Assembly (NCBI RefSeq): GCF_009914755.1
Contig: NC_060943.1
Strand: one strand, 5' to 3'
Source of the DNA: the human T2T-CHM13v2.0 reference genome, Homo sapiens
DNA length: 64,000 nt
How positions within the stretch are numbered: position 1 is the first letter of the stretch; every line of letters begins with the position of its first letter. Shown here piece after piece: positions 62,001-64,000 of this stretch. A model generated the notes under the pieces. The model was given only the letters and a program-made list of their open reading frames with translations, ran no database searches and was not told the DNA's origin. Position numbers and translations under genes: made by a program.

Positions 62001-64000
62001 GTGATGTGTGCGTTCAACTCACAGAGTTTAACCTTTCTTTTCATAGAGCAGTTAGGAAACACTCTGTTTGTAAAGTCTGCAAGTGGATATTCAGACATCC
62101 TTGAGGCTTTCGTTGGAAACGGGATTTCTTCATATTCTGCTAGAAAGAAGAATTCTCAGTAACTTCCTTGTGTTGTGTGTATTCAACTCACAGAGTTGAA
62201 CGATCCTTTACACAGAGCAGACTTGAAACACTCTTTTTGTGGAACTTGCAAGTGGAGATTTCAGCCGCTTTGAGGTCAATGGTAGAATAGGAAATATCTT
62301 CCTATAGAAACTAGACAGAATGATTCTCAGAAACTCCTTTGTGATGTGTGCGTTCAACTCACAGAGTTTAACCTTTCTTTTCATAGAGCAGTTGGGAAAC
62401 ACTCTGTTTGTAAAGTCTGCAAGTGGATATTCAGACATCCTTGAGGCTTTCGTTGGAAAAGGGATTTCTTCATATTCTGCTAGAAAGAAGAATTCTCAGT
62501 AACTTCCTTGTGTTGTGTGTTTTCAACTCACAGAGTTGAACGATCCTTTACACAGAGCAGACTTGAAACACTCCTTTTGTGGAATTTGCAAGTGGAGATT
62601 TCAGCCGCTTTGAGGTCAATGGTAGAATAGGAAATATCTTCCTATAGAAACTAGACAGAATGATTCTCAGAAACTCCTTTGTGATGTGTGCGTTCAACTC
62701 ACAGAGTTCAACCTTTCATTTCATAGAGCAGTTGGGAAACACTCTGTTTGTAAAGTCTGCAAGTGGATATTCAGACTTCTTTGAGGCCTTCGTTGGAAGC
62801 GGGATTTCTTCATGTTCTGCTAGACAGAAGAATTCTCAGAAACTTCCTTGTGTTGTGTGTTTTCAACTCACAGAGTTGAACGATCCTTTACACAGAGCAG
62901 ACTTGAAACACTCCTTTTGTGGAATTTGCAAGTGGAGATTTCAGCCGCTTTGAGGTCAATGGTAGAATAGGAAATATCTTCCTATAGAAACTAGACAGAA
63001 TGATTCTCATAACTCCTTTGTGATGTGTGCGTTCAACTCACAGAGTTCAACCTTTCTTTTCATAGAGCAGTTGGGAAACACTCTGTTTGTAAAGTCTGCA
63101 AGTGGATATTCAGTCTTCTTTGAGGCCTTCGTTGGAAGCGGGATTTCTTCATATTCTGCTAGACAGAAGAATTCTCAGTAACTGCCTTGTGTTGTGTGTA
63201 TTCAACTCACAGAGTTGAACGATCCTTTACACAGAGCAGACTTGAAACACTCTTTTTGTGGAATTTGCAAGTGGAGATTTCAGCCGCTTTGAAGTCAATG
63301 GTAGAATAGGAAATATCTTCCTATAGAAACTAGACAGAATGATTCTCAGAAACTCCTTTGTGATGTGTGCGTTCAACTCACAGAGTTTAACCTTTCTTTT
63401 CATAGAGCAGTTAGGAAACACTCTGTTTGTAAAGTCTGCAAGTGGATATTCAGACATCCTTGAGGCTTTCGTTGGAAACGGGATTTCTTCATATTCTGCT
63501 AGAAAGAAGAATTCTCAGTAACTTCCTTGTGTTGTGTGTATTCAACTCACAGAGTTGAACGATCCTTTACACAGAGCAGACTTGAAACACTCTTTTTGTG
63601 GAATTTGCAAGTGGAGATTTCAGCCGCTTTGAGGTCAATGGTAGAATAGGAAATATCTTCCTATAGAAACTAGACAGAATGATTCTCAGAAACTCCTTTG
63701 TGATGTGTGCGTTCAACTCACACAGTTTAACCTTTCTTTTCATAGAGCAGTTGGGAAACACTCTGTTTGTAAAGTCTGCAAGTGGATATTCAGACATCCT
63801 TGAGGCTTTCGTTGGAAACGGGATTTCTTCATATTCTGCTAGAAAGAAGAATTCTCAGTAACTTCCTTGTGTTGTGTGTATTCAACTCACAGAGTTGAAC
63901 GATCCTTTACACAGAGCAGACTTGAAACACTCTTTTTGTGGAATTTGCAAGTGGAGATTTCAGCCGCTTTGAGGTCAATGGTAGAATAGGAAATATCTTC

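Larger units (their letters stand above)
1..64000 (+). repeat. Centromeric alpha satellite array, SF1 340-bp dimeric HOR (D1Z7/D5Z2/D19Z3-type, chr1/5/19), about 188 dimers
   Basis: The sequence recurs every 340 bp (CGATCCTTTACACAGAGCAGACTTG at 1, 341, 681, 1021...). Each unit has two related monomers with alphoid hallmarks (TTCTCAGAAACT, TTCAACTCACAGAGTT, GAAACACTCT, TGCAAGTGGA.ATT). The phase adds up: 120 + 187x340 - 21 bp of observed deletions = 63679, the last + ORF start. The family assignment is from recall of the SF1 dimer, not a database search. Confidence 0.97.

Noticed and set aside
8-63861. Hundreds of 60-101 aa ORFs on both strands (MFPNCSMKRK..., MILRNSFVMC...)
   Set aside because: These are chance open frames in the satellite unit repeated every 340 bp. 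They show no recognisable domain, overlap on opposite strands, and are freely broken by the 1-bp deletion or extended by TAA>GAA/AAA changes. They were useful only as variant reporters.
1-64000. CRISPR-like or other repeat-spacer array (a palindromic motif at regular spacing)
   Set aside because: The sequence between the palindromes is itself near-identical in every unit. There are no unique spacers, no leader and no cas genes.
1-64000. Embedded transposon (L1/Alu), inversion or non-satellite island
   Set aside because: The 340-bp phase is fully accounted for from start to end by 21 bp of small deletions, and the orientation never changes, so there is no room for an insertion.
1-64000. Assignment to one specific chromosome or to the kinetochore (CENP-A/hypomethylated) site
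   Set aside because: The chr1, 5 and 19 arrays share this dimer. Deciding needs alignment to complete assemblies and epigenomic data, which I cannot run.
1-64000. L/F/I order as a functional code or a novel biological system
   Set aside because: The order is adequately explained by nested tandem duplications and in-register deletions. Nothing in the sequence shows that the order itself is functional.

Overview
The whole 64 kb window is one uninterrupted, single-orientation array of primate (human-type) centromeric alpha satellite. It holds about 188 head-to-tail copies of a 340-bp dimer (171 + 169 bp monomers), each with one CENP-B box position, one degenerate pJalpha/A-box position and one EcoRI site. 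This fits the suprachromosomal family 1 (SF1) dimeric array shared by chromosomes 1, 5 and 19 (D1Z7/D5Z2/D19Z3); I cannot tell by eye which chromosome it is. There are no genes, RNA genes, transposons, inversions or CRISPR arrays, and every listed ORF is a by-product of the repeat. I cannot support a new protein-coding system. The interesting signal lies in the variants. Three dimer haplotypes (L, F, I) are arranged into nested super-repeats of 5, 6, 7, 8, 10 and 15 dimers. The left domain (about 1-29 kb) is almost indel-free with nearly all CENP-B boxes intact. The right domain (about 30-64 kb) appears derived from a 12-dimer ancestral unit, carries a 1-bp deletion marker on a strict 5- then 7-dimer beat, and has amplified CENP-B boxes mutated in their core. 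All variant calls were made by manual reading aided by the ORF track and should be confirmed by alignment.
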